64,000 nucleotides of DNA from Antedon mediterranea (taxonomy: Eukaryota > Animalia > Echinodermata): assembly GCF_964355755.1 (NCBI RefSeq), contig NC_092670.1, forward strand, positions 9,414,201-9,478,200, given 5' to 3'. Positions 47,411 through 61,020 of this stretch are shown here, piece after piece; the stretch's first letter is position 1, and the number at the start of each line of letters is the position of its first letter. The notes beneath the pieces were generated by a model. That model ran no database searches, was not told the origin of the DNA, and saw only the letters and a program-made list of their open reading frames with translations. A program made the translations under genes and the position numbers.

Positions 47411-48390
47411 AACACACAAATATTTTTGGATTTAGAAAAGACACTGACAAAGAGATAATCTATTGTTTCTCAAAGGATCTATGAGTGTCACTTAAAACTG
47501 TTCCAGAGCCATCAATGTCAAAATAAAGATAGAGAAATAACAAAAGTAGTTCTAAATATCCTCCAAAAATGCAATTTCTGAAACCGATACGATGCTAAAT
47601 TTAACATTTTAAGATTAAATTGATGGCAAAACCATGAAATAGAGCAATAAAAATAGGTCTATTAAATATTTTCGAAAAACGTTCCTAAAAAGGATTATAT
47701 AATGGTAAAAATAATATAAAAAAACAAGTTGATTGATTTAAAAATTATCTTCTAGTGTTAGCTGGGCCTTGAACCTATCGGTCAACCAGATAACCATACT
47801 AACCACCTGTACCATACCTTAGTAGTACAAACTACAACAAACATTTGGAATTATATGGGCCTAGAAACATCCTATCAAAAAAAAAATCAATCTTGAACTT
47901 CTTACACCAAGCACCTGTTGAGGATGTAATGGTATATAACCTTGAGAAATGAGAATGTCAAGAATTTTGATAATTTGTTTTCATATTCAATTCAACAATT
48001 AAGAAAATATATAAATCACATTCTTGTCAATAAAAATATCAAGTATAATTTAATGATATGATAGAAGATGGGAGGCTGATTCATTGTTGTAGTGTATGTT
48101 TGATACATTAAAGCGGAAATTGTTATTTGACAATGTGATATTTTATTTAGCCCATGCATTTTTTGAATGTTTTCATTAAGAATATGAGATGTGATTTACA
48201 ACAGGAACATTTCCCAGGTACTGTAATCTAAGATTACCGAATATTGGAAAAAAAAAATGACAGTGTACTATCATATTATGATAAACCACTATTAATTTTG
48301 TTATCTTATGTGAATAACTAGAATAGTTAACAATTTGTGCTTGATTCAATAACCCATGGACACACTAAACCTATAGTAAGGTACTTATAA

Positions 48391-48510
48391 AGCTGTCTGC
48401 TAAACTATTAAGCTAGTGTGAAAAATAAGGTAGTGATGTGACATCATTGTGTCCATATGGGCACATCATACATCTTTCTGTCAAACTAGTTTGATAGTGT
48501 AGACAGAGCA
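48391..48510. mobile_element. PIF/Harbinger-type MITE, family A (degenerate left end)
   Basis: GATGTGACATCATTGTGTCCATATGGGCACATCA...TGTCAAACTAGTTTGATAGTGTAGACAGAGC. Confidence 0.75.
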
Positions 48511-49078
48511 TTAGAGAGAGATTTTGGAAATTGTCCATACACATTTTTGCTATTGCACGCATTCAAATTGTAGGAGGAAGTTTTGTACCTTGAACTTTCT
48601 CCGGGAAGGAACGCCCTAAACTGGGTATCTTCCTAGTTCTCAAATATAGGTTGCTAAAGTCATCTGCCTGTTCACACACATTTATGATCTTTAGAGTATT
48701 TAATGAATTTGCTTATATTATCCTTGGTAATTTGCCTTTAAAAAACCTCAAAAATAAGTTAAATACTAAGAGATGAATGGTTATCAGAGGAACTGTGTAA
48801 GCATTCCTTAATCTGGTCAACTGATCCTTTGTTTGGTTTTTGCAAGTTGGTGGTACAAGGTTCACAATCAATATTATTGAACATCCTTAATTGCTACAGA
48901 AATTAGTCCAATTATGGACGACTGGAAATGAAGACAAATAAACTACTGAAAAATATGATTTAGCCTAAAATTATTAGAAACCTGGTAAACCACAAATTAT
49001 GGATCCACCCACACCTGCTTCCGGGTTAATTTACTATGGAAGTTTTTCATCAAACCTACTGAAATTAATTTTATTTAA

Positions 49079-51387
49079 AGGGAAGGTCAAACATGACTTC
49101 TTTTGCCACTCAGGCTATTACTTACAAATAATATAATCTATTATAAACAACATTGACTATATTTAATAATCAGGTTTACAAGAAATTCGATGTTTATTAC
49201 GACTACCTACACGAATTGAAAATCGCCATGTTGAGCGGGCTGTGACGTATGATACGTCCTTTGAAATCTACGCTTGGATGATCACCGTATAAGTAAATAC
49301 AGTTTTTAAAATAAATCGACCCATTTAAATGTTATTGAACGTTTGTTAAAGGCGGTTTTTAAAATATTTTTTGATGGAAATAAACTAAAATAGCACTAAA
49401 ATATGTAATACCAAAATAAAAAAATCATTTTTTCAACCGGAGACGCAGTAATTTGGGTGGAAATCGAGACATATTTCGTCGGAATGAACGAATTTCGCTG
49501 ATAGCTAAACAACCAACTACGCATGCGTTATGACCTATCTGCATGTTTTGTAACTCTCTCTGGCATGGTGTACTACTGCTGTGAGCGTGTGTTGGGTACA
49601 TGAGTCTTAATTTTGGTGTGTGTACTGCTGTCGATTGTCGTTTTTTATCAACTTTTCTTGCCAGAAAGAAAGTATGGAATCCCTTTGCGACAGTTATGGT
49701 TACGGGTGTGAGCTTGAATATATACAGAGAGCGAATTAGTTGCTCGTAGCTTAAATAGAGACAGGTTAAACGAAATGGATAAAAATTCGCGTGTAAACCA
49801 GTCGGTTGATAAATGGTGTACATGCGGCCTGTGTGTAAGAATGTCCGTTGATGTTGAATGTATTTGCTGTAAAGAATTAGAGACTGGAAAACATGTAACC
49901 CTTTCCCATTGACGAACTCGATCTATTTGTACAGCCGATAGCTGTACAAAAGACCATTTTGCGGTTATACAATTAACTATTTAAAATCACAAAAAGATGA
50001 AGAACAAAGCGTAAAATGTTAGACTTGCCCCAAGTCTGTATTATCTTTTTTTTTTTATTTGTTTTTATTTTGACCGCGATTTTTGTCTGAAAATACAGAC
50101 TTGTGAAACACGTATAGAAATCGATTTGCAGACCGCAAACATACGATAAGAATGACGTAGGTTATCTTACCGTATTTGGCTATATGGGGCGGGCGGTATG
50201 TAAATATGGATTTCGAATCAACCAATGATCATTTTGTTTCAAAATGAAAGAGATCGAGTACGTAGGCCTACCAGTGCTTAATGTACGATCGAGACTGTTG
50301 AAATATAAAATCGTAATGCCAAGTTGTTTTGTTTATTAATTGTTTAGTCCTTGGCCTAGGCCTCTTTCGTAGGTCCCACTCAACTCGCACGCATGACCTG
50401 CCAAATAAAACGCCAATAAAGTAGCCCTACATACCACCACCGGCACACAACAGGGCTACACCACCACACAGAACAGGACAGGGTCTGGGTGGGAATTAAA
50501 TCAAAATTATCTCCGCGTAATAAATGATCCATTCAATGTTTGATTTGCGGAGAAGCTAGCCTATCATATCAAGACGAGTTTTCATGTTCTTGGGAAAAAA
50601 TACCATCAAATGTTTACCAGACTACTAGGCATATAAAATAATTTCTAGCCGGCCTTCAGAAACTTTCATAAATGTACCCAAGTACACATTGTCTAAATGT
50701 AACATAGCCCATGCGCATCATCTTAGTTGTTGAGTCTTTGAAATTCTGAAATATGAATATTAAAACGGTGTACGAGTGAGTAGCCAATCGCATGCAGCTG
50801 AAACTAGTCAACCGGATAATCGTATGCACCAAGAATTCTTGGTGTCAAACCACGTGACTTGTGCGTGTTTCCCCAGACGGAGTATCCAAAATCAAGTAGT
50901 ATACGTATGAAACGCCATATGTGCCAAAATATTTATCTTTTTACTAATATTAAGACAAAACTCCGTCTGGAACCCAGACTACGTAAAATGTATACAGTAC
51001 TGTCAAAGAGATTACTAAAGAGGTGTAGATTTTTTTTATTCGCTAACACCAATGAACAATAAAACAACCCGGAACCACGCGCTCTTCTCGCTCCTCGCTT
51101 GACTGCTCGCTGGGTCACCGATTTCAGCCAATCAATGTAAGGGATTAGATTAACCAATCATAGCATACCTATACAACCGCGAGGCTTAAATTCGACAAAG
51201 GACGTATCTGACGTCATAAATAAGCTGTAAGAGCATAAGATGGCGATTTTCAATTCAGGAAAAGTCGGCATTAAAATCTCGTTTTCTCAATAACTACAAC
51301 TCGTACAAAATTGAATTATATACTGATCGTTTGTTCAATTAATGAAGGATTCATGGTTAAAAGATAAAATTAGGCTTGACCTTCCCT
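49079..51387 (+). mobile_element. Kolobok-type DNA transposon derivative (2.3 kb) with TTAA TSD
   Basis: TTAA|AGGGAAGGTCAA...TTGACCTTCCCT|TTAA, plus a subterminal inverted block GAATTGAAAATCGCCAT..TGACGT..GATACGTCCTTTG (about 49213-49263 versus 51196-51257). The interior is CpG-rich. Confidence 0.82.
49674..50335 (+). pseudogene. Decayed KolX / P2X7 C-terminal (ballast)-like Cys-rich gene inside the Kolobok element
   Basis: ATG at about 49674 gives MESLCDSYGYGCELEY. After a 2-bp shift it reads ESELVARSLNRDRLNEMDKNSRVNQSVDKWCTCGLCVRMSVDVECICCKEL (WCxCxxCxxMxxxxECxCCxE). Later remnants are YRIWLYG (about 50170) and IVMPSCFV (about 50310). Confidence 0.7.
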
Positions 51388-51855
51388 TTAATGTTTTTAA
51401 GTTCTTTTTAGGAACTAAGCTTTGAAAAAAATGCAATTTTTCACAGAAATAACATTATCACGACTACTGTATGTGTTAACATTATCAATCTTTTATCTAT
51501 CTTTCATTGAAATAACAAAGGAAAATATTTACAATATGTAGTATAGCTGTCTCTACTAGAAACCCCCGCAAAGTTTCAAGTTATACATGTTTCATTTCAA
51601 TAAGTAATCCATTTAAATTCCAGAAACCCAAAAAAGAAAAGAAAATGTTATGTACATACCATCCAATTTTATACAAACTGTGCGTCTCAGTGTTTTTAAA
51701 CTACTATTTGCTACATAGAAATCTCATAAAATGCTGTGTTTTTTATTTCAAACATTAAGACACAGTCTGAGTCCAGCGTGTAGCCTGCAAATTTTCATGG
51801 TTAACTCTGGCCCCTGAACCCTTTAACCCTGTTAAATCCTGACGGACATCTACTA

Positions 51856-52011
51856 AGCATGGTTCCCACTAGACACGTAAACCCATAAACATACGCGCAA
51901 CGCAAGCGAGTTGACCAATGACAAACCACTGTTCGAATAATCCATCGCTTGTGATTGGTCAAATCACTTAGTGTTATGTCGTTGCATTGCATCTCTAGTG
52001 GGAACCAAGCT
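51856..52011. mobile_element. PIF/Harbinger-type MITE, family B
   Basis: AGCATGGTTCCCACTAGA...TCTAGTGGGAACCAAGCT|TTA. Confidence 0.75.
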
Positions 52012-52190
52012 TTAAAGACACAAGAATGATTAATGACCAAGTTTTACCAGGATATCCTCGGAACTTTATAAATGCACCCTAATAGAGCCCTGTATTTAAA
52101 ATATCTTGTCCTAAACTACTTGTAGGTTTTGGGTGATGATGAAAGTGTTGAAAGAATCTATATCAAATATTGCAAACTATGAAGTAGTTT

Positions 52191-52381
52191 GCTACACTAG
52201 TCACTATAAAAGCTACACTAGTCACTATAAAAGCTACACTAGTCACTATAAAAGCTACACTAGTCACTATAAAAGCTACACTAGTCACTATAAAAGCTAC
52301 ACTAGTCACTATAAAAGCTACACTAGTCACTATAAAAGCTACACTAGTCACTATAAAAGCTACACTAGTCACTATAAAAGC
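52191..52381. repeat. Perfect 21-bp minisatellite, 9 copies
   Basis: (GCTACACTAGTCACTATAAAA)9. Confidence 0.97.
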
Positions 52382-55300
52382 ATGACCCGCCAGCAGATGA
52401 TTTGAACCACTGAAATAAAAACATTCATTACTATAATTTATAAGGCAGAGTGACCTGTATAAAATGCATGTGGGCAGAATCAACAAATAATTATTGCATA
52501 TTCATGTATGAATAAGTCAGCAAGAGGCCTGTGTGCCTGAAAACACAATAAGTGTCCATAGCTAAAGGAAGCAATAAAAGTAGGTACACGCTGTGACTGA
52601 CCATGACACATGAAAGAGATAGCTGTCATCACCCATGTGTTTGGTATGTCGGGTCATTGGTCTTGCTTCATTAACTAGGACACCTGTACGCCTTAAAAAT
52701 CAACCACCTGTTACCATAACAACAGTTTTGTCGTACTGTATTGGTGTTACAAATGATCAGTCCAGATTTGAGTATCTGTGTACGATACAGGTTGCGTTCG
52801 TGGAAGAAAATTAACCATGTTATTTTATTATGTAACTAAACTTGCCTTGTCATGCATATTCGAAACAAACAAAATGGAAATTAGGAGTTGAAGTAGCCAT
52901 ATTGGTCAAACTAAAGGTTCTCATAAAACATTCAAATCACAACTAATCTATAACTAAACCAAAAATTGCCATAAACCTAATTTGTGGCATTTTCAAAAAA
53001 TATCTGTCTAATAACTTTAATTAAAACTAATTAAAACTCAATTTCCCAATTATGGTTGCAACATTTAGACAACATTTACAGTATTGTTAAATTTTAACCA
53101 AAAAGTCATTTTTAATTATATTACTTTAAAAATTCAAATGAAATGGGTGTACATTATGAAAATTAAAAAAGGTGAATTGAACTTTAAAAATCAAGATACA
53201 AAAAGGACAATACTGATTTCAACATGCAATAAAACTAAGTGATTAAAACTGAAAGGTTTAAAATAAAGTTGACAAAAACAATGACTAAAGTATTGATGAC
53301 AAGGTGACGTAAAAGATCAACAAGAAGATTAAAACGGACAAATCACCAATAAGAAAAAATTGATCACGAATAAAATTTGATAAAATATGACAAGACCTGG
53401 GTGACACAGAGAAAACAAGCGGTAAACAAATTATAAATTGAAATTAAGATGGACAAAACAAAAGAGAAACATGGGTGACATGTAGATATAAGCACACAGG
53501 AGAAATAAAAGCAACAAAATTAAGATAGACGTAAATAAAAAACAGAAATGGGTGAATTGAGCAATGGGTACGCGGGACAAAGATGGATTGAGTATCCACC
53601 GCAATCAAATGACAAATTAAAATGACTAAACAAAACATGGGTAAAAAATAGATAGCATCAGAGAACATATGGTCAGTTGAGATATTAAGAAATTGGGACG
53701 ATAAATTGGGGGTAAAATGGGAGCGTCGAGGGAGTAAAACATCTGTAAGGAAGTGGGGATTGAACTAATAGAATAAGGGTGCCAGGGGAACGCAACATCT
53801 GTGGTGGTATTGAAACAGGCGGAGACAATTGGTACAAGGGGCAAACAGCTTGTTTAATAGAAAAGGGTCAAAGATACAGGAGAAGGGGGACATAGACCAT
53901 GTGATTGACACAGAAACAGTGAAGGGAAATAAAGATAAGCAGGGGAGCGAGACAAATTATAAGGAACGAGAAAGGACCTTGAAAAGGGTTAGACGGGCGT
54001 CCACTGGGAAAATCCCTCCCCCATGGTGTCAAGTTTTAAACTGTCCGGGAGATTCATTTATTTTTTTTTGCAAGCGTCATTGAATAATGAAAAACTGCGA
54101 GTCTGTTTTACTTAAACGGTGATAACGATATACTTTTTTTAGACAATTAAGTCTTTTTTGTAGTTTTTAGGAAATAATTGTTAGAAAAGATAAGAAATGA
54201 TTGTAGCTTTAGTAATATTTAACTCTATCAATCAATGTCAAAAACAGAATAAAAAAATTGATATAGCCGCAAGTGTTTCTGGCGACAGTGGATTTCCGGT
54301 TTTTTTTTATCTGAGCAGAAATAAAAGTTTGGAAAATAAAATGTGTGTTTAAAAAGTCAAATTTAATAAACCGTTTCAAAATTTAAAAAAAAAATATAAT
54401 TGTTCTAACTGTGAGAGTTCATCTGCCCATATCATAGTGGACAAAAAGAGGCGTGGTGATAGTAATTGATTATAATTCTACACCAACATGGTATCATGCA
54501 AAATTATGGATACTCAGGAGTGGTCGATGACAGTAGGATGCGCAAATGGACCAACTCCTCAATCGGGATGAGACTCGAAAGACTATAAATTAAATTTGAT
54601 AACCTAAAAATGATAAGAAGATTTTTCTATGGCAGCCATGAGCAATAAACTTACTTTGTATTTTGTTGTAGATGATGATTAAAAAATCACATTGATTCTT
54701 ATTTGCGAGATTACATTTAGTAAGTAAAACATTCACTGGTGTACTAGTGTACTAATTCAAAAGACATCTATACATACAAAGAAACTAGCAGTATAATATA
54801 GACATAAAATTATTAGAAAATATAGAAAATATATATTTTCTACAAATATTGTATAATTAATATTAACTCTAGCCTTCATACATTTGTGTGTCATCAATGG
54901 AAGTGAAAAATCATATTACATTAGACATTTTATAATTAAATTATAACATGTTAAGTGCATTAATAATAATAATTAGACAATGACTATTGAGGACTTAAGC
55001 CACATCCTCGAGTTCTAAAGCACAGAGGAGAATAAACATTTATTTTATCCTGCAACAAGAGGAAATTACATGACTTGCACTGCACAAAAAACAAAAGATG
55101 AAAAGTATGTCAAAAAAGTACAGAAGATGGTAAAAATGAACACTGTAAGCTACAATGTTGTATACTGGGCCTATACGCATGTCTGCAGATAAATCTTTGC
55201 ATGAAATGATCATCTTTTTTTTCTCCACATCCTGAAATAAAAGCTCGATATTGTTTTAGGTTTTTACATCTTTGACTTATACTAATAGATGAGATGAGTA

Positions 55301-55809
55301 GTTCATTAAATTGAAGTTAAACATTAATATTGCTACTGTGTTTCACTTAAAAAAAAACAAAATCCAATTTCAAACAAATTCATACTTATGTTTTCATTGA
55401 CTATACTAATAATAATATAAATGTTACTAAAGTCTGTTCTAAGTGTGGTATAGAAGAGAAGAAAACTAAGTCACTAGATTTAGGAGCAATTCCAGAATAT
55501 TTATACATTATCAAATAATATAAATTTTAAATAATTGTAAATTGACAATCAGGACAATTAGGCAAGTACCGAATCATGATAGATGTACCCTAATATAAAT
55601 ACACAAAGTCAAATATATTGTAATTCATCGATCTAATTAATCTTTGATTACTCTTATGTAATGTTTTTAATAGCTAGGCCTAACCTACCACTACTACTAC
55701 TACCTAGACAAGTGTTTCTGGAACATTTACTCTTTTTTAATACTGGTTTTTCCGTTTTGCAAATTTTTTTGTTGTTTTTAGTTTCATGGTTGCATTTCTC
55801 ATGGTTTTC

Positions 55810-55875
55810 ACAAGCGCCTTGAGCACTTTGTGGATATGTTCGCTCTATAAATCTTATTATTATTTATTATTATTT
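55810..55875 (+). mobile_element. Extreme 3' tail of an L2-type LINE or SINE
   Basis: AAGCGCCTTGAGCAC...CGCTCTATAAATC followed by (TTA)n. Confidence 0.45.
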
Positions 55876-56405
55876 GGAGCCAATTTATTCTGGTAAATCC
55901 TGAAACACCTGCTTATCTTGAAAAAAAACTGACATTGATGGAATTAAACTCTTTTTATTATATAACTGTGTCATACATTAAAAAAAGAGAAAGATATTCC
56001 TTGGATGTAATTCAAAAATATTTGAAATCAATTGATCCATAATTTAAAAGCTTCCTTTTTATACGGAAATTCAGAAATTATTAGTCGACAGGAATTTCAA
56101 AATCTTGGGAAAAGTCACAACAGCTCTATAAAGTCTACAAAATGTATTATATTTGACAATTTAATATGACGGGAGGAGGAGGCGGAGGTTGTCTATTAAC
56201 CATAAAATATAAACATAATTACATTAACAAGTAATTTTTCTTTAAAAATTGGTTCATCTGCCCTTAGGCCAACCTTTTTAAAGAAGTTTAAAGATAAAAA
56301 ACGAAAATAAGTTCAATAATTCAATATTTTTTAATTGGTTAACAGCTTTTAAAGTTGAGTTTGGGCAAGTATTTTTTGTATTTTTGTATTAATATTTGTC
56401 CTCAG

Positions 56406-56703
56406 TGAGGAAATTTGGATTAGGCCCTCCACGGACCCACGGCAGCCAGCAGTGCAGCGCCTACCATATTAGGCAATGAGAGTAAAGCATCTTGCCTAAG
56501 GATGCAATTAGTATGGTACAGATAACCTCGAACCCATGCCTATCACATGCTAGTCCGATATTACCATTACACCATCACTCTCCAGTATATACAGCACCCG
56601 CCACGATTTCTAGACGGTCTCCCATCCAGAACGCAACCGGGCCCAACGTTGCTTAACTTCGGTGATCTGACGAGAACCGGTGTTTCAACGCAGTATGGCC
56701 GTA
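56406..56703 (-). mobile_element. Second copy of the 5S/tRNA chimeric SINE, lacking the Deu-like core
   Basis: Closely matches 31130-31532 (5S-like part 56703-56590) but joins CTACCA directly to ..CAATGAGAGTAAAGC, missing about 110 bp. Confidence 0.82.
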
Positions 56704-57761
56704 TTCAAAAAGTACTAAAAAGAAGGGCAAGTACGGAACATGAGGGCCAGTATGGCAAGAAACTTAATAACTGTTTAAACAGGTTAGTGATCCTTTAGTG
56801 TGCCATGCCAAGTGCAATACCTGTTTTGACCATCATGGAGGAAATAGCTAAGATCTAGCCATTGAGTGTTCTAGACATTCTGAGGAGCAGATACAGCTGA
56901 GGAGATCAAACATTAAGTACTGTTAGTGTTAGACCTACCCTGTAGAACCATCTACCCTTAAACATTATGACACTCAGTCATCATTGGAAAGCTTCAGAAC
57001 TCATTTGTTTTTTAACTTTTTTGACAGTACTAAGAGCACTATAAAAATGGAACAATTGATTGATAGATTGATCAGTAATCTTACATCTACAAAATCCCTA
57101 AAATCAAATTGTAATAACTGTATCTAATTTCAAATAAACAGGGCTAAATTAACTTTAAAACAGCAAAAAAATGTACGTATTTTTCTGCTCAATTCATCAA
57201 GTATAAATGCCTCTATCTTGTGACATTGATAATCTAAGTCAATACAAAAAGTTAAAAGCATTTTTGTCTGTATGAATCATGTGAGAAACATTTTAATTTA
57301 TGACTCGATGAATACAGAACAAACATTAAAAAAATATTTAAATATGCCTCATCATAACACATTTTAAAAAGTGGGTGCTCAGGATGAAAAGTGACTGCAC
57401 TATTTTCAAAATCGTGATCTGTAATTCGTCCGAAATTCTTGTTTTTATTAATGAAGGTAGTTTACGTGTTCAGAACTCGACAGACGTTGATTTGGAATGA
57501 CATAACTGGGTTGTCGTAGACCAAGCATGCCATAAATGGAATTAATCTTCTTTGCCAACAATCTTATTATCGTTTGCTGTAAAAACTGTGTATTCTCTTC
57601 ACTTCATTGCTTGCTTCATTAATACAAAATTATCCTAAGTGGGTGAAAATGTTTCATATGGGGTTAAGGTGAAACGTCCTAGTCTGGTGGACTGCAATAC
57701 GATGACACAACTTCTGCAATGTCGTAATATAATGGAATAGGCTTTGAACAATACCATGAAA

Positions 57762-57832
57762 GCCCCAGTGGTCTAATGGTTAGGACATCTGCATATCAAG
57801 TAGAAGATTCTGGGTTTGAATCTCTGTTGGAA
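57762..57832 (+). pseudogene. tRNA-derived sequence (SINE head or decayed tRNA)
   Basis: A-box GTGGTCTAATGGTTAGGAC and a degenerate B-box GGGTTTGAATCTC. The stems are poorly paired. Confidence 0.45.
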
Positions 57833-60399
57833 CAGCTGTTCTTATTCCTACAGATTTCCTAATCTTTATCATTTCAAATTAATGAACATTCCATATACCC
57901 CCAGGCAGTTTAGAATTGATTCTTTACCTGTTGATTTATAATTTAATTTAAGTTATCAATTTGTACTAGTTTAACTGGCAATAAACCATTGGCAATATGT
58001 CTCATGGTATCGAAGGGTACAAACACGAATCACTAATTTAATTCTTATTCACTCATGTTACGTAAATTTGATGGTACTTTCTGGTCAGTACAGGAAACTG
58101 ATCACACAGGCAGTTGGCGACAGACAAATGTCATAATCCCAGAAATTCTATATTAACCAGTAAACACCAAGGATATAAAACAGATAAAAGGAAATGGGCT
58201 ACTGAGTAAAAGCAAGCAATTTCAGGGACATTTCTTTACAAGACCTTTATTTATGTTCTAGATTGAAAGTGTATTTATCTTTAAATTACAATTAGGACTA
58301 CTGCATCCTCAAATATATGATTTGAAATATATGATATTATAAAATACTATATAAAATAGTAATAAAATTATGTAAAAATCCTCTCAATGGAAAAAAAGCT
58401 GAATCAAAACAATAAAGTAAAAAAGGCCAAAAAGAAAGTGCCAAACTGTTGGAAAACACCAAACTTTCGTCAGATACACGATTGTATAATTTACATGATA
58501 TATAAAGTAAAGATATTTATATATATATCAACATTATTCTACATTTTAATAAAGATTATTAAAATGTTTAAGAAATATCATAGAAGAAACAAGCCAAAAC
58601 TCAATTATTATTAAACACTGCCCTCTATAGTTATTTATAAATTTCACTCATTGAGAAACTTGTATACTCCTAACATTTGCTTCAACTGAATTTCACATTA
58701 TGAAACAAGACAAAATCTAAATACATAAACACAGTACCAGTATGCAAACCTGAATCTAAACTGTTTATAAAAATGTAATATTCTATTAGGTTATGTTAGC
58801 TTTTAAACACTTTTTAACAAAGGTACGTTTTGTCTTATTAGATCGGACCGCTCATGGGCTTGCCCAAAATGACAGAGATCATTGTTGATTATTTTCATTA
58901 TTATTATTATTTGATTTTTTTTTTTATAGTAGGAACTTTGGAAAGTTCTGGTTTAGAGGGAGTTTCTTTACTATTTCAGTTTCAAGGTAAAACTAAAGGT
59001 AAATTATTATTAATTTTTGTATTTGAAAAGTTCCTTCTTGTTTCATATAGTACTATGGTTATAGGCAAGACTGAAAAATGTCATAAACTATGTTTATAGG
59101 CAAGACCTCAATAGATACAGTACAGCATTATGCTCCAAAGACAAATTACTGGGGGAAAAAACCAAACAATGACATGCTTTTAAAACAATATATCTACTAT
59201 CTTATAATTTGTAAGACCTAAATAGCTATACTACAGTAAACAGTATTATCCATGTACAATAAATTATTAAAAGGTGAATGAATATAGACCATTCCTGTTT
59301 TGATATAATGACGCAGCTTGGATGGTCGCATTAATCAAGTCAAATTACAAACAAATATGTTGAAAGAGAAAATGAGTGACAACACCAGCTACTAACTTTG
59401 GGTCTATAGACAATAAAAAGGTGATAAATATTTTGCCAAAGGTTCTGGTGAAATGTATTACTTTCTGTTGGGTTCACTTGGGTTTCACGTTTATGTTGCA
59501 ATTCTGCACAAATCATCCTGTGAGGAATGTTACACATTTGCTCTGTAGTTCATGTCTGTGAATATAAACAATAGATCACACCACAGATTCTAAAATACCT
59601 TCTTTGCTACCACAAACAAAGTAGTCTACAGTGGCGCTGGATCAAGCATTTTGAAGAAGGGTCTAAAAATAATGTAAGTTCTGAATTTAACCAAAGTCCT
59701 ATCTTTAGTAATTTTCTGAATTTAGTGGGTATTTTCATACAGTACATTCAGTGCCCAGTAAGAATTGGATAGAGGCTTTTCAAGAACAACCTATTTGAAG
59801 GAGAAAATAATGACATCTACCACTAAGTAGAACCTTAACAAAAAACATAGTGTAGAAGTTACTAATTGTCAAAATGAAGATTTTTTTTATGTAATATAAT
59901 TTTCTTACTACTTATTTCTTTCTACATTACTGCAGTAAGGTTAATAATACTGCAAAAAAATGATTATTTAACCAATTCTAAAAGATCCTCTGGACAAATA
60001 AAGTGGACCAAAAATGCATTTTAGAACATTTTGAGAGGCCTATATACTTTCAGGTGTTAGTATATCTGGTAGCCTTTATTAGGTCATCGATACTGTTGAC
60101 AGGGATATTACAAAACTTTTACCACAAAAAGCAAATAGGAAGGATGTATGTACATGACTTTAACTTATATATTAGAATATTTTGGATCCAGGGTTTGATA
60201 AATAGTATAAATTCCTTTCTAGAAGATTTGGAGTTAAACTAAACAAAGGCATTATTGTTAAGATGTTAAATGTTTGATAAGATGAATGATGTGCCAGGCT
60301 ACTAATGACACAGAGAAACTTAAATGTATTAATATTTAGTGCATGTTCACATGTACAAATTAAGCCAAATGTAAACACCTTTCTCATGGATTTTATGAA

Positions 60400-61020
60400 C
60401 CCCAACGAATATCGCTTCACATAAAAAGTTTTCCATGATTATTAGTATTAATAGTACTATTAGTTATAGGTTTTCCTTGAAATGAACCATTGGTAAGATC
60501 CAGTTTCTATGGATTGTAAACACTAAAATCACAGGTTTTCCATGGATAACAAAACTATTAAAATAATAAGTTTGGGCTATTGATTGTAGACATAATATTA
60601 GCATATAGATTTTCCATGGAATTAACAATAAGGAATAATAAGTTTTCCATGAATTATAAACTTATAATACAGGTTTTCCATGGATAACATAACACTTTTC
60701 ATTTTAGCCCTATAAATACGTTTTCTATGGTCTTGAAAAGTTTCCCATGGATTGTAAATCTAAAAATAAATTTCCATGGATTAGGATAGGTTTTCCTTGG
60801 AATAAACAACTATTAAGAAAATGGTTTCATGGATTGCAAAACTATTGGAATATGTTTTTCCATGGATAACAACAGAATAACAATGTAACATTATAACGTT
60901 TCAATGGATTGTAACACGTTATCAGGTTTCCTGAAAACACAACAATTTAGGTTTTTCATGGATTGTTAAATACTATAAAGATTATAGAGTTTTCTCCATG
61001 GATTGTATTAACACTATAAC
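60400..61020. repeat. Highly degenerate minisatellite built on TTTCCATGGATT
   Basis: More than a dozen (G)TTTTCCATGGA(TT/TA) cores at irregular 30-60-bp spacing. Confidence 0.7.

Noticed and set aside
49425-49823. 132-aa minus-strand ORF as a transposase fragment
   Set aside because: No THAP or DDE motifs. It is antisense to the KolX-like remnant, which has the recognisable motif.
55040-55235. Candidate upstream SMARCD exon (TTTCAG|DVEKKKMIISCKDLSADMRIGPVYNIV)
   Set aside because: It has a good acceptor but only superficial resemblance, lacks the invariant KFSSFFKSLVIELD/GPDNHLVE sequence, and has no suitable donor.
57762-57832. Functional tRNA gene
   Set aside because: The T-loop is GTTTGAA instead of GTTCGAA and the acceptor stem pairs poorly, so it was kept only as a tRNA-derived relic.
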